Shown one piece after another: positions 1 to 12,880 of a DNA stretch of 40,978 nucleotides (position 1 is its first letter; the number at the start of each line of letters is the position of its first letter). A program made the translations under genes and the position numbers. Source of the stretch: Paraglomus brasilianum (Eukaryota). The stretch is taken from positions 1-40,978 of the forward strand of contig CAJVPI010000226.1 in the NCBI GenBank assembly GCA_910592345.1, given 5' to 3'. The notes beneath the pieces are model-generated. The model was not told the origin of the DNA and ran no database searches. It saw only the letters and a program-made list of their open reading frames with translations.

Positions 1-775
1 TGTAATCAGGCATTGTCATAAAACTTTTTCCTGGAAAATTTAAGGAGTTATTATTATGTACGTTTAGGTAATACAACCGTTCGGATACTTATGTCCGCTA
101 CTGTAAGTGTCTAAAAAATTATTGTGATATAGCGATCGATTATACTAAATTAGGTATGTCTTACGAAAATGACTGTTGCACAATCCCTATTCATAGACTT
201 GCTGATATTCTAATAATGTGTTCTTACTTATACTGTGCGATCGGTCACAATCTACAAAAAGTACTTTTCGCAGAACGGAAGTATCGATACGCATGGGATT
301 GTCCTTATGAATTGGACTTCACTGTGTACATGTATACTTGACCCAAATACCTTCCTATTTGGTAGTGTTACACGTAACGTCAATAACAATAACTAAAGTC
401 TAACGTCATCATTTATTATGCATCATACGAAATAACAAAGTTACTTATTATATAGCATGAACGTATGTTAACTAGATGGTTATTAACTATGATAATATTT
501 ATATTACCGTAAAACCAATTATTAGACTTATTGTCTACGTTGTTAAAATGCCTGCTAGAATTGTCAGGCATATCAGAGGGAATGGAGCTCAGTAGATATT
601 CATTGTGTCCCCAATAAGCACTTAATTGTGTGTTTCAAGACATATTCACAATATGCAATCGAATAAATACGACAATAACTTACGATTGAAAAATACTTAA
701 ACTAATGTTTAACATCGAAAGAGGCATATATACATACAATTCAGAGCATATTAAACATGTCTCGGAATAAATAAT

Positions 776-3454
776 TTACAACTTTGACTCGGAGCGTTTG
801 TCATCATAAGTGGCAACAAGACTTCTCTTGCTGAATTGATGCTGAGTTATATCAAGACAAAATAAGAGATTAGGATACCGATGCCAATATATTACTCACA
901 GGCAGAGTTTCTCATAAAAAGCATAACTTACCGCAACCATAAACGTCGTGTCTCCACTTTTTTCACGTGATTCCATCGGAATATATGACCTGACAGGTGG
1001 GCCTGTGTATGCTTGCCTGGGACGCCAAATTTTAGACTCATTATCCTCTAATGACTCTTTCCAGTGAGCAAGCCATCCAGCAATACGAGGAATGGCTACA
1101 AGAAGAGAGAGTTGATTGTTAGTAATCGACTTGCATTCACTAATCGAACCGTTCGTTAATGAGCATACCGAAAAGCACTGGGAACATGTCAGTCGGGAAT
1201 CCCATAGCCTTATAAATTAGTCCAGAGTAGAAATCAACGTTGGGATATAACTTCCTCTTGACAAAGTAGTCATCAGCCAAAGCCGCTTTCTCTAATTCAA
1301 TGGCCACGTCAATGAGCGGCTCATTTCCACACACGTCAAACACCTATTAAATATATATAATCTCGGTTTAATTACAAGTTTCAATATTTAAAGTAAATTA
1401 CACCTTTAATCATATAGGCTTTCTCAACTCGCGCTTATAATACAAACCTCATAAGCAATATTTCTAACAATCTTTGCTCTAGGATCATAGTTCTTGTATA
1501 TTCTATGTCCAAAACCGAATAGCTTTCTCTTTCTCTGTTTCACTTCTTCCAAAAACTGGGGAACTTTCTCGATCGATCCAATTTCTTCCAACATCCTCAA
1601 CACCGCTTCATTGGCACCTCCATGAAGAGGGCCATACAAAGCAGCAGCAGCTCCCGCAACTGCACTGTATGGGTCAACAAGAGAAGATCCAATATGACGC
1701 ATTGCTGCCGTCGAACAGTTTAGCTCATGATCTAGTTAGTTAAACAAGTAATTGTATAAGTAAGCATTTGCGTTGAGCGCATATTAGGTAATACATTAGA
1801 CACCATGTGCATCACGATCACTTGCCAGCATGAAGAATAAATAGAATGTCAAGCGCCCGTGTTAGTTTAGGGTTGGGTTTATAGTTCTTTTCTGAGAGAT
1901 GATCGAGCATGTAGAGAAAGTTTTCCGTGTAAGTGAAGCTATTCTGAGGTGGATTGTAAGTCCTGTGAAAGAAAGGAATGGTGGTGAGTAAGTGATGAGC
2001 ACGTTTTCTGTTTCAAGGTTTATTTTATGACTTGCATCATATCAATTACGCAATAATAGGCTATTTCTTACCGCCCAATCCGGTGCCGATATGCTATGCT
2101 GGAACGTAAACAGAAATAAGAGATGAGCAAAAATAATATAGAACCTAAAACCAGTGCCGTGAAATACTCACGCAGCCAGTGTTGGTGTTTTTCCTAACAA
2201 TCTGAATATTTGCTTGTTCCTCGCTTGCTCGTTTTTAGTGAATATGCTAGACCCCTAATAATGTATACACACGTGGATAATGCGTCAATCTCCTTGTACC
2301 TTCTCAATCCCACACGTCCACTCTTCAGATTCATTGACCCATAACATACCACTAAAGCAGGATTAGCATCAGGATGAAAAGTGCTCATTGCAGCAATGCC
2401 GGAAATAAACATTCCCATAGGATGCGCATCATAGTTAAAATTCCGCATGAGCTCTGATACATTAAAGTGCACAAATGTATGATGCATAACTTCATGAGAA
2501 AAGTTGGTGTATTGGGTCTTTGTCGGAAGTTCGCCATAGATGAGGAGATATGCAACTTCCAAGTATGTAGACTTTTCAGCCAATTGCTCGATTGGATACC
2601 CGCTTCATGATCGTAGAAAAAAAAAGTAATCGCAATAGATTGATTAATCCAGTTGTCCTGTTTTTATAAACATACTGTATGTAGCATGGCTTTGAAAATA
2701 TTACCGATATCTTAGGACTCCGGCATCACCGTTAATGTAGGTGATCTTGGATTGAGCAACCGCCGTGTTCTGATAAGCTAACATAATAACAAACAAATTG
2801 ACACGTGATAAGGATCAGCATTACATAACAAATAATCGAATAAGGCAAAGAAATAGAAAAAGTACCTGGATCATACACCCTGTCAATAGAATGATCAATT
2901 TACAGTGTAAATGGTGAATCATTGTTGGTTCAAATACACTGGTCACTTACTCACCTTAAGCCTTTGCCAGTTTCATCTTCTTCTCTCGAACTACCCATTG
3001 TTCCGGTGGCCGTCATCTCCTTGAATTTTACGGCAGGAATAGTGTTGTTTGCAATTGGAACTTCATAAATCTTGTTGGTACGATTATCAAGAACAGTGAG
3101 CGACTGGGTGTTCTTGCTATTAAGCAATTTGATGTCGGTGAATGGATGTTAGTTTTGTTAGCTTGCGACCCCAAATTCAATTTCCTCAGAACAATGACTT
3201 GGTCAATTGAAATACCTTCGGGGCAACACTACCACTGAAGTAGATTGAGTTGCGTTCGTGCCGTCCGCTATCCTCGGTTTAGGAAAAGCCCACGAGGCCC
3301 CGGTAGCATTGTCAATCAGAGTGAGAGTAGAGCTGGATATGATCGAATTAAAAATATATTGATTACATGATATAAGTGTCTCTATCTAACAAAAATCCCT
3401 TATTCTTTCAGTTTATTGCAGCAACACTAACTCTTTGACATCGTCTTTCCCCAT
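776..3454 (-). CDS. Citrate synthase, peroxisomal/glyoxysomal (bacterial-like) type, about 13 exons, C-terminal PTS1 (SKL)
   Basis: The spliced reading gives [73 protein letters not shown] and WRPRQAYTG. The last exon (841-776) ends SESKL-stop. It includes a 14-nt microexon (2879-2866) and a GC-AG intron (1825-1732). Confidence 0.95.
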
Positions 3455-6061
3455 GGCTGAAGTATGTCAGAGAATGCTTCGTATACTAATATGAGACTTA
3501 CAGCAGTAGTTGATCAAACGTTTAAATACAATTTGTCGAAGATCAAGATCTGTCACTTTAGCATATGGCATTGGCGAAATAATCTATGCCAGAATTGACC
3601 TTGAGTGTGACACGGATTTCATCCGGAACGGATTCACCCGATCATGCATTACTATCATGTTGAACAAGATTTGGAAATCTACCCGTTGTGACATGATTAT
3701 CGATAAACATGTGTCACGCACATCGTACACCCCCCTACCGTACTTTTAGTGATCGACATTACATAATAATAATGAATCTTGGTATTATTATAGTAACGTG
3801 TTTCGGGCCAGGAAGTTCTGTTTACCGGAACAAATGCCAAATCTTTTTCGCAAAATAACAAACAATTTCTATATCGCAAATTTCATTATATTTACCTGCA
3901 AACAAGGGCCGTCTCAGCCCGCAAAACATTTGTGCTTATTTCGTTTGTTTAACTGAGCAACCTCTATAATAGTATACTATCTCTGTAAACGATGACGCAT
4001 CATGACGTAACAATTAGTATATGTGCCAATAATTTAACCGAAACTCTTTTGTAATATAATATGTATCAAAGTATAAACATACAGCACTCACTCTTTTATT
4101 CGAATACGAAAGAATGACACTGTTTGTTACCCAAGCTTGGTTCGAAAAAATGAGTAATCTTGACTAAAACCTCGACAATGCATTCTTTTCTTTCTGCTTC
4201 TTGGGCAGTGACATTTCGTGTCTGTCGGAATACGGTTCCGATATTATTATATGCCCAAATTACCGGATACAATCTTCTGACTTACCGTTTAAAAGAATAA
4301 CATATCAAGACCTAAAGAAATATATATTGTCTTTTAAAAAGTTCTAAAAGACGTTTGTTGGTTTCGGTGACAAACTGCATTAGCATTTAAGATTCAGCTA
4401 TTTCCTACAAGAATAGGCAGAGTTTGATTCATCGTGATGGACATGCAATTGTCACGAAACCAACTTCTACAGTTTGAATGTTTTTGAAATGTTGAGGGTT
4501 GCGTGCCGTTTCGTCTAGTAATAAAAAACAGCAGTATTAGGAGAGGCCCTTGTTATTGTTTACATGCTTCAAGCAAACAATCTAGTTGTTATTGTGTATA
4601 TTATCCCTAATTCTGTTACAACAGCCGGACGCGGAAAAAATGGGTTTATTATCTGATCAAAAGCCGACTATAATGAGCCTTACGTATATTCAATTAAATT
4701 ATAATTCTCAGAATTTTGTTACCTCTGTAAACTCGTATTTTATGGAATCTGACGCATCAACGGTACAGTGATAGTAATTTACTTTCAATGTTTGATGCTT
4801 CAATATACTGCATTTGCTCAATTTATTTGTAATAAACAAAGCGATAGCTGTTGTAAACTTTATTTATTTTTTACAGAAGAAGAATATGTACTGTATATGC
4901 AGGATATGTTATTAATTAACCTTTACCACAAAGTCTGTTTATTCTTATTATTTTTAGCCAGACTTTCTAGTATTGCTAATGCGCACTTATAAAATAAAAC
5001 AGTCTTTCTGGATACAAAATATAAATCTTTTCCCTTTTCTCTGTGTTGGCTGATTTGTCATGGCAGTAAATATTATTTTTAAATTACACCACAACTAAGA
5101 ATTTATGAATTTAAAGTTCCGCATCTTCTACAAAATTACGACTTGAAATTTGACTTCAACGTTGCCAATTCTACTTATTTCCATATTAATATGATTCGAT
5201 AGGTCGAGAACAAATTTTAGTAATACAAACAATAAAGCTGGCGTCCCTTTTGTTCAACACACTTTTGACTATTAAGGTATATATTTTCTGTTGATTAGTG
5301 CTACATTTTAGTTCCATATGCAGCAAACAGTGTTGTATTGTGTTGTCTAACTTCATCCTTCTAATTCTCTTTCCCGATGAAACTAAGGATTGCTGATTTA
5401 ATTCTTTGGAACTTTTTCATTCGCTATTGACTTTTCTTGTATCAATTTTGTGGATACGATAATAATAACGACTTTTTATTATTATACTGCTGAGCATCAA
5501 TTAATATTTTTATCGACTAAACCTTTTTTTACGCCTTTCTCTCCTTAATATTAAGAGCCCACGCCATTATCTTGTCAGAGTTTCATTGTCAAAACTAAAC
5601 GGTCCTGTTAGTATCTAGCTCTACTAACCTGTTGAGGAACTTGTTAGGGGTTGTATGCCACGGATCATTAGATAAACTTATTCATTTCTCTTTCCTGTTA
5701 TAACATCTTTAGAAATATTCTGTTTAAACCAATTTTTATATGTTTAGCGCATTCTTACATTGTCCTAATAATATAGTACCATTGTTGTTACTATTTGCTA
5801 TAGCTTTCTTGTCTTAATATTAATCCTATAGAATTATCACAGTCATACAGAGAACAATATTGTTATACAGATATACTTATAAGGTAATCTGACAATTATT
5901 GTCAAAATTTATAAAAACAAAGACAAAAACAAGACGATATCACCATGAATTCATATTATCTGGCATCTTAAATGAAGTTTATCTTAAAAAAAATAATAAT
6001 GGCATATCGATATAGCATATAACAAAAAAGCGATCGTTGTTCCTGATAATCACGGAAAGTA

Positions 6062-6115
6062 CCAATCATATTATGCGTAACACGAGTAGTCTTTAATGTT
6101 CTATGGAATCACGTG
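6062..6115. promoter_or_regulatory. CCAAT plus E-box (CACGTG) upstream of the BTB-TLDc gene
   Basis: CCAATCATA at 6062 and TCACGTGA at 6109-6116. The same motif pair recurs upstream of MOG1. Confidence 0.35.
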
Positions 6116-6248
6116 AAGACATTGACTTAATCCGCGTATGGAAGACTGTGTACTAGTACTTTGCGGCTCTCTTCCTCTGTCCCCAAATAATAAAATAAAG
6201 AACCGCTTTTTTACATTATCCAACGCACGGCCAAACAAAAGTCTCATA

Positions 6249-7873
6249 ATGGCGTTAACACAGTCACTCGTCGACGATATAAGCAGACTATATGGACACT
6301 GGGAGGATTCTGATGTCGAGTTGGTCATAGGAGAAGAACCTGAAAAAGAAACCTTTCACGCTCATTCGATAATCTTACGCGCGCGCTCACCTTACTTCCG
6401 CGCTGCATTCTCTTCTACATGGGAAATAAAAGACAATGGCAAGCATGTATTTAGTAAGCCGAATATCAAACCAAACACGTTTCGTGAGATACTCAAGTAA
6501 GTCTATTAAATGGTTTATAATCGATCAGATGACGTGGCCTTTAACATAATAACAAATATATAGTATATGACTGTACTTGTATCATATCGTATTGTATCGT
6601 ATCGTCGATAAGCGTGGTATTAATGCTATTGTTTATCATTCCACACACTGTCCTATCATAACAAATTCGACCACTGCACACGCTTATACCCGTCTATAGA
6701 TATATCTATACTGCGGAGGTAACATTAGACCCAAACGACAACTCGGAAGTACTAGACTTGTTTATCGCTGCCGACGAATTGGCTCTGAGCGTCCTCTTTA
6801 ACAATATACAAGATTATATAATGACAAATCGCGACGAATGGGTACAGGAAAATCTTGCCAAACTGTTGAGGACAACTTCCCGTCTCGACTCATCCTCACA
6901 GAAACTATTCGAGCATTGCCAACGAGTCATATCTCGTTCACCCGAACTCATCTTTCAAACAGACGACTTTTGTACTCTCGAACCAGAAGTGTTGTTGTCC
7001 TTGATTAAGAGAAACGATTTGGCTATGAATGAAATCAATATCTGGGAACATGTCATCAAGTGGGGAAGGTCTCAGCCTCCGGCCCTAGATCCAGACGTAA
7101 CCAAATGGTCCTCAGAAGACTTTAAGACACTCGAAGAAAGAATACGTGATTTTATTCCTCACATCCGATTCTTTGAAATTTCTGGTGCCGACTATCACTA
7201 CAAAGTACGACCCTACAAAAAGATCTTGCCACGAGATCTCAAAGACGACATCAAGCTACATCACTTTGCCGGTCAACCACCGCTCAAGACGCCATTGCTA
7301 CCAAGTCGAGTACCAGCTAAAACAGTTGACTCTATTCTCATCGACAGCAATCAAATAGCCCTGATTGCCAGCTGGGTGGATCGTAAGGATACAAAAGATT
7401 TTCAGTATGCATTTCGCACTATCCCATATCATTTTGATCTTCTTCTTCGTGGATCCCGTGATGGAATGCAGATTCAAAATTTCAGAGAAAAGTGCAACGA
7501 AAAGAGCAACCTTGTCGTTGTTATCAAAACTAGCAACGGTCAACTGATCGGCGGATACAATCCTTTGCACTGGAGTTCGTCTAATGCCTATCACGAGACA
7601 AACAGCAGTTTTATATTCTCACTCGGTGACGGGGCAGGATCTGGAAAAGTAATACTGAGCAGAGTCGCAGATCATACATGCGCTATTTGTGATCCGTCGT
7701 CTAAATTTCTCAATGTTGGGTTTGGTTGCGGTGATTTATTGATATTTCAAGGAAAGTGTCGCAGGAATTCATATGCTAGGGAGATTATAAAGGACAGTGA
7801 GTGTTTTACACTTGAGGACTATGAGGTTTTTCAAGTCAAAAAAGATAGGAGAGAAAATTGTTTAGGTGTTTGA
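6249..7873 (+). CDS. BTB/POZ-BACK-TLDc domain protein (2 exons: 6249-6496, 6700-7873)
   Basis: BTB: DSDVELVIG..FHAHSIILRARSPYF..FREILK/YIYT. BACK: IWEHVIKWG, FIPHIRF. TLDc: LLLRGSRDG..IGGYNPLHW..SFIFS..FGCGDL..EDYEVFQV. The GT-AG intron keeps frame. Confidence 0.92.
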
Positions 7874-8030
7874 GATGTTAGGTGTTAGCCTCAAGTGTTT
7901 ATAGATAGAATTTTAACATTCGCGGGCTTTTGACGGCCCATCTTAATTTTGTAAACTTTCTACATCGTTATTAAGTAGTCTTTATAATTTCTTGTCATAT
8001 AAATTATAACGCCACTGCATCTAGCCTGTG

Positions 8031-8080
8031 CACGTGCGAATTGCAATAACCAAACCACGTGTGAATATTACCCAATCATA
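8031..8080. promoter_or_regulatory. Two E-boxes plus CCAAT upstream of MOG1
   Basis: CACGTG at 8031 and 8056 and CCAATCATA at 8072, all within 120 bp of the ATG at 8147. Confidence 0.35.
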
Positions 8081-8146
8081 CAACGAAATAAATGGGTTAC
8101 TTAATACGAGTTCTGCTCTATAATCCGCAGTCTTGATCACTCAGAA

Positions 8147-8940
8147 ATGCTTCGCAGTTTGTTTGGAGGTGCCATATCTACTTACATTCCACCAAATTTT
8201 ATAGATGTCAGGTATATGGTGAATAAATCTTGTCTCGTAACCGTTAGTTCAATTCCATCCGTGCTCATTTCCGAATTGCAATCAGCGACATTCGTCAAGT
8301 GCCTGACAACCAAGAAGTATACGCAGATGTCGATACAGATCAAAGTATTGTCGTCGAAATTTTACAACTTGCTCAAGAGGCATCAGATGACGACGCTGCA
8401 AAGTACGTACAAAACTGTATTGCAAATGGCTCGATATCAGTCATAATTATATAACGTCTCATATTCGTTTTTATTAGATTCCATTTTGACTCGCTTGCTC
8501 ATGATAATGATGCTGAAGGCTACAGCACAATGCATCAAACAATTCCGCTAACTCCATCTGATGTTCCAGGCTTATTGTAAGTAACTTTTCTAGCCTTCTT
8601 AATATGAGGGGGTGGGTATGTCCAATTAATCATGAAACTAACAATCAACACAACTCTTAGGCCAACTGCGAGAATGTCTTTTCTAACGGGACAGCAACAA
8701 GTCGCAAAGTTTCGCGAAAATGAACCAGAAGCACGAAATCTGGTCAACATCTTTCTTGCAGTTTTTAGACTGCACGAATACGAAACCGATATTGTTATAA
8801 CTCACAACATTCCTATACTTATCGGAGCTCATAGTAGTAGTAGAGAGACATCACAAGAAGGGAATTTGCGTGATGGGATTGATGAGTTTAAGAGAATTGT
8901 GACGTCATTTGTTATCAATGATTGGGGTTTGTTTGGGTAA
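8147..8940 (+). CDS. MOG1: Mog1 Ran guanine nucleotide release factor (4 exons)
   Basis: Spliced: RSLFGGAIS..FIDVS/DIRQVPDNQEVY..DQSIVVEILQ..K/FHFDSLAHDND..GQQQVAKF..LAVFRL..TDIVIT..INDWGLFG-stop. Confidence 0.9.
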
Positions 8941-9070
8941 TAGTAATAGTAATTTATTAAATTGTTCGGCGTTAATACGATATGTGTAGATTAGTTTACA
9001 AGTCCCTGCATTAACGTAATAAAAAATCTGCACGTCACACACAAAATTCCCATCCTCTCTCTGTGTAAAA

Positions 9071-10611
9071 ATGATTCACAAAAATTCGCGTTCAAACAAA
9101 CCTACATTGACGATAGTCATCAAGCTGGGAACGTCATCGATATGCGATGTGGAGACTCACCTGCCACTTTTGTCTAATCTCTCTCTCATGGTGGAAACGG
9201 TGGTGAAACTACGTTCAGCTGGACATAGAGTGGTTTTGGTAACTAGCGGTGCGATAGGCGTTGGATTGAGACGGCTAAACATGCCAAAGAAGCCCAGGAG
9301 ATTGGCAGCTATTCAGGTACTTGGTGAGGCCTATTTGTACACTGGAGCTTTTCTATTTTCATATCATAAGATTTTTATATCTATCGGTAGGCTGTCGCTG
9401 CTGTTGGACAAGGACGTCTTATGAGAATGTATGATGATCTTTTCAATCAGTTAAATCAACCAATTGCTCAAATTTTACTCACAAAAAACGATATTGCTGA
9501 TGTAAAGTAAACGAGGCAACACTTTATCGGTTTTATTTCATTCGATTTCATTCTTATTTTTCCTTGTATAGAAACATCAGTAATCATTATTTGTTAAACA
9601 TTCGACACACAAATAGAGAACACAATATCTTAATGCTGTAAACACGTTCACTGAACTGCTTACAATGGGTGTCGTCCCTGTAGTTAACGAGAACGATACA
9701 GTATCAGTCAGTGTAAGTATAATGCTTGTTGCGATCGATATGCCAAGTTTTTTTTATTCACCGTCATTTCTTGTATGAAGGAAATCCGATTTGGAGATAA
9801 TGATACACTATCAGCCATAACAGCAGGAATGGTAAATGCAGACTATTTGTTCTTGATGACAGATGTCGATTGTCTTTATACTGATAACCCGCGTAACAAT
9901 CCTGACGCCACTCCTGTCGAGATTGTTGAAGATATTGGTGCACTCAGAGAAAAGGGTAATTGTCAAATCCGTTCAACTTTTTATTTCGATGCATCACGAA
10001 AATTTGTTAACACCTCGCTTATTGTAGTAATGGTTTCTACACCCGGGAGCTCGTTGGGCACAGGTGGCATGACTACAAAGCTCATAGCAGCTGATCTAGC
10101 CACAGCTGCGGGAGTTATTACAATCATTAGCAAAGGATCAAATCCAAAAAACATCATTACCATACTCGAACAACTGACAATAGACCCAATGGCCACTGCA
10201 TCCTCTAACCCGTCCATGCCTCTACATACACGATTTATGAAAAAATCCAATGCTACCGTGGATCGTAAATGGTGGATTCTTCATGGACTACATACAGCCG
10301 GCACCGTGTTTATTGATGAAGGTGCTGCGCGTGCAGTGACTAATGCTAAACAAAAGAACAGTTTGTTTGCAGCTGGGATTACAAAAGTTGATGGCAATTT
10401 CGTTGCCAATCAGGCTGTCAGTATAGCATGTCAACAGGATAACGAAATTGTCCAAGTCGGGAAGGGTTTGGTTAATTATTCGTCAAGTGAGATTGGTAGA
10501 ATCAAAGGAGTACAGAGTTCCGAAATCGTCGAGATTTTGGGATATGCTGATTCGGAATGTGTTGTGCATAGGGATAATTTGGCTATTATAAGAGTAGAAA
10601 AGACAAACTAA
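9071..10611 (+). CDS. PRO1: Glutamate 5-kinase with C-terminal PUA domain (about 5 exons)
   Basis: [71 protein letters not shown]. Confidence 0.95.
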
Positions 10612-10853
10612 TGTGATAAGCTGTCTCGCTAGCAAATGTATAGTAACCTTTAAATAAGATAAATATTACTAGTATTCGCGAAAGCCAACATACTATAATT
10701 GACATATGACGCACACGGAAAATCTCCGTGTGATACTACCGAGTTTGTATACGATAATCTAACCCTTTCAGGATGACGCCACAGAAATGTTATTTCATGA
10801 TCTATAATCTATATTACTTTCCATCAATTATTCCCTGTAAATAGCATTACAAC

Positions 10854-12608
10854 ATGTTCATCCGAACAGTGCTTGCGGTCAACTCCCCTCTTCTCTTTTT
10901 TCTTCTCACATTCCTTCTCCATTTCACGCAAACATTAAGCTCACAAATTCCGTTAGAAACTGCGGTAAAAAATAAAACATTCAAACTTAAACATGTAATT
11001 CATAAAGGCAAAACGCTTTATCCCAACATGGTTCGTAGGAAAGATTATGATGAAGCAGCTCTCCGCGCTCAGGAAGAATCCACAGGCGTTAGCTTTACAC
11101 ATAGTCTGAGAGCAGTGAATGGAATTGTAACAAAGCCTGTATCAAAACAAGATAGGAGTGTGACGGTGAAAACTGTAGGGCTTTTGCCGGATGTTAGAGA
11201 TAGGGATACATTGGTCAGTTTAGGAAAGATGACTTATAATGCGTATTTAGAAGTTGGAGGCGAGGGATGGTACGACTTGGGAGAGAGATACGATTTGGTA
11301 AGTGACTAGTATTCTGTGCCTGTCATTGAACGATCGATTTACTGCGCAAACAAAAAAACAGACTTGTTCATAAATTTCTCAAGCATCAATTGTTGTATAC
11401 TGTTCTTTACATTTCTGATTGATGCATTCTCTTCTATCAACTAGAACAAATCTTACGGGTGGGATTCTGATGGCCTCAGAGGACACGTGTTTTTAGACAA
11501 TGACGAGGAAGTATTAATCATAGCAATCAAAGGCACGAGTATGGGTTTCCTCGGAGGCGGAGGTCCGACCGTGCCTAGAGACAAGCAAAACGTAAGTATG
11601 TTATGCGAAGTAACAAGTCGTATACCCTACTTGACTCGTTCGTATTCTCATCCTCTTTGCTCCAGGATAACCGTCTCTTCTCATGTTGCTGCGCAAGAGT
11701 CGGACCATCGTGGCGTACTGTGTGCGACTGCTTTATCGAGGATGGTTCCTGCAATCAGACATGTCTAGAAGATAGCGTCGATGAAGAAAGGTTATATATT
11801 GACGAGGCTGCAGTAAGTAGTATTAAAATATATCACGTGAACATACACTTCTTCTTCCACGAGGCACTCAATTTACCGACGGATGGCACTTTTTTGTATC
11901 ATAGATTTTATTTGAAGAGCTCTCGGCGCTATACCCTGGAGTCCATGTATGGCTTACTGGCCATTCTCTCGGCGGTTCATTGGCAGGACTAGTCGGGTTG
12001 ACGTACTATTATCCGGTTGTCGCGTTCGAGGCACCACCAGAAAGGCTTGCCGCGTCTCGTCTCCATCTTCCAAAACCGCCTGCTTATCCATACGAGGAGA
12101 TGAATATCTGGCATGTGGGACATTCGGCCGATTCCCTATATCAAGGAGCATGTAATGTAAGCATTCAAAAGGATGTAAAATAGGATATGGGATTGCTTGC
12201 GAGCTACCAAAAGTATCGGAGCGATTTTTTGATAATATTATTTTTACAAATCATAGGGTGTGGGAAGTAGCTGTTGGATAGCCGGATATGCGGTAAGTAT
12301 GATTTATAGTATCGATTCATAATTTGCCACATAAAGCACGACCGACTTAACCTCTATCGTATTTTTTCAAGATGGAAACTCATTGTCACTCGGGAATGTC
12401 AATCATATACGACACAGTTGCAAAATACTCTTGGTCAGTAGGCGTACGATATCATCGCATAAAGGACGTTATTGAACGAGTACTTGAAGCATGGGATGAG
12501 CCCGTCCCCGAGCCTGCTGTCGAAGAAGACTGCGTGGATTGCGGTTGGTGGGACTTTTTGGACGATAACGAGGAACCAGGAAGTAAATCAATGTGCAAGC
12601 GTAAATAA
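10854..12608 (+). CDS. ATG15: Atg15-like vacuolar lipase (multi-exon, hydrophobic N-terminus)
   Basis: FKLKHVIH, GWDSDGLRGHVF, IAIKGTS, DNRLFSCCCARV, TGHSLGG lipase motif, FEAPPERLAASRLHLP, HVGHSAD, METHCHSG, CVDCGWW. Confidence 0.92.
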
Positions 12609-12880
12609 ACACCATAATGAATGCTTCCCATCATGATATCAGTTGATTTGACCATGTGCACTTGCTGCTTATATTATATTGAACATTTTTGCTTGAAATG
12701 ACTTGTTTGATTATTGTACATCTATGATTAAGGGCACTTGATATAATACCATACCATCTATCAATAAACTAACTACAATTGTCATTATCGGGGGGAAAAA
12801 TGATGAAACTGGGCACTTGAATTATTCTGTCAACTCACCAATTCGGCCCTGACATAAGACTCTATCTTATAAACTATTTA

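Noticed and set aside
3500..6050. Short ORFs in the long spacer between citrate synthase and BTB-TLDc
   Set aside because: AT-rich, no domain motifs, and no coherent exon chain found.
10757..10768. CTAACCCT as a telomerase RNA template
   Set aside because: An 8-mer in a 240-bp spacer, 90 bp from the ATG15 start, with no pseudoknot visible; it also occurs at 37806. Expected by chance.
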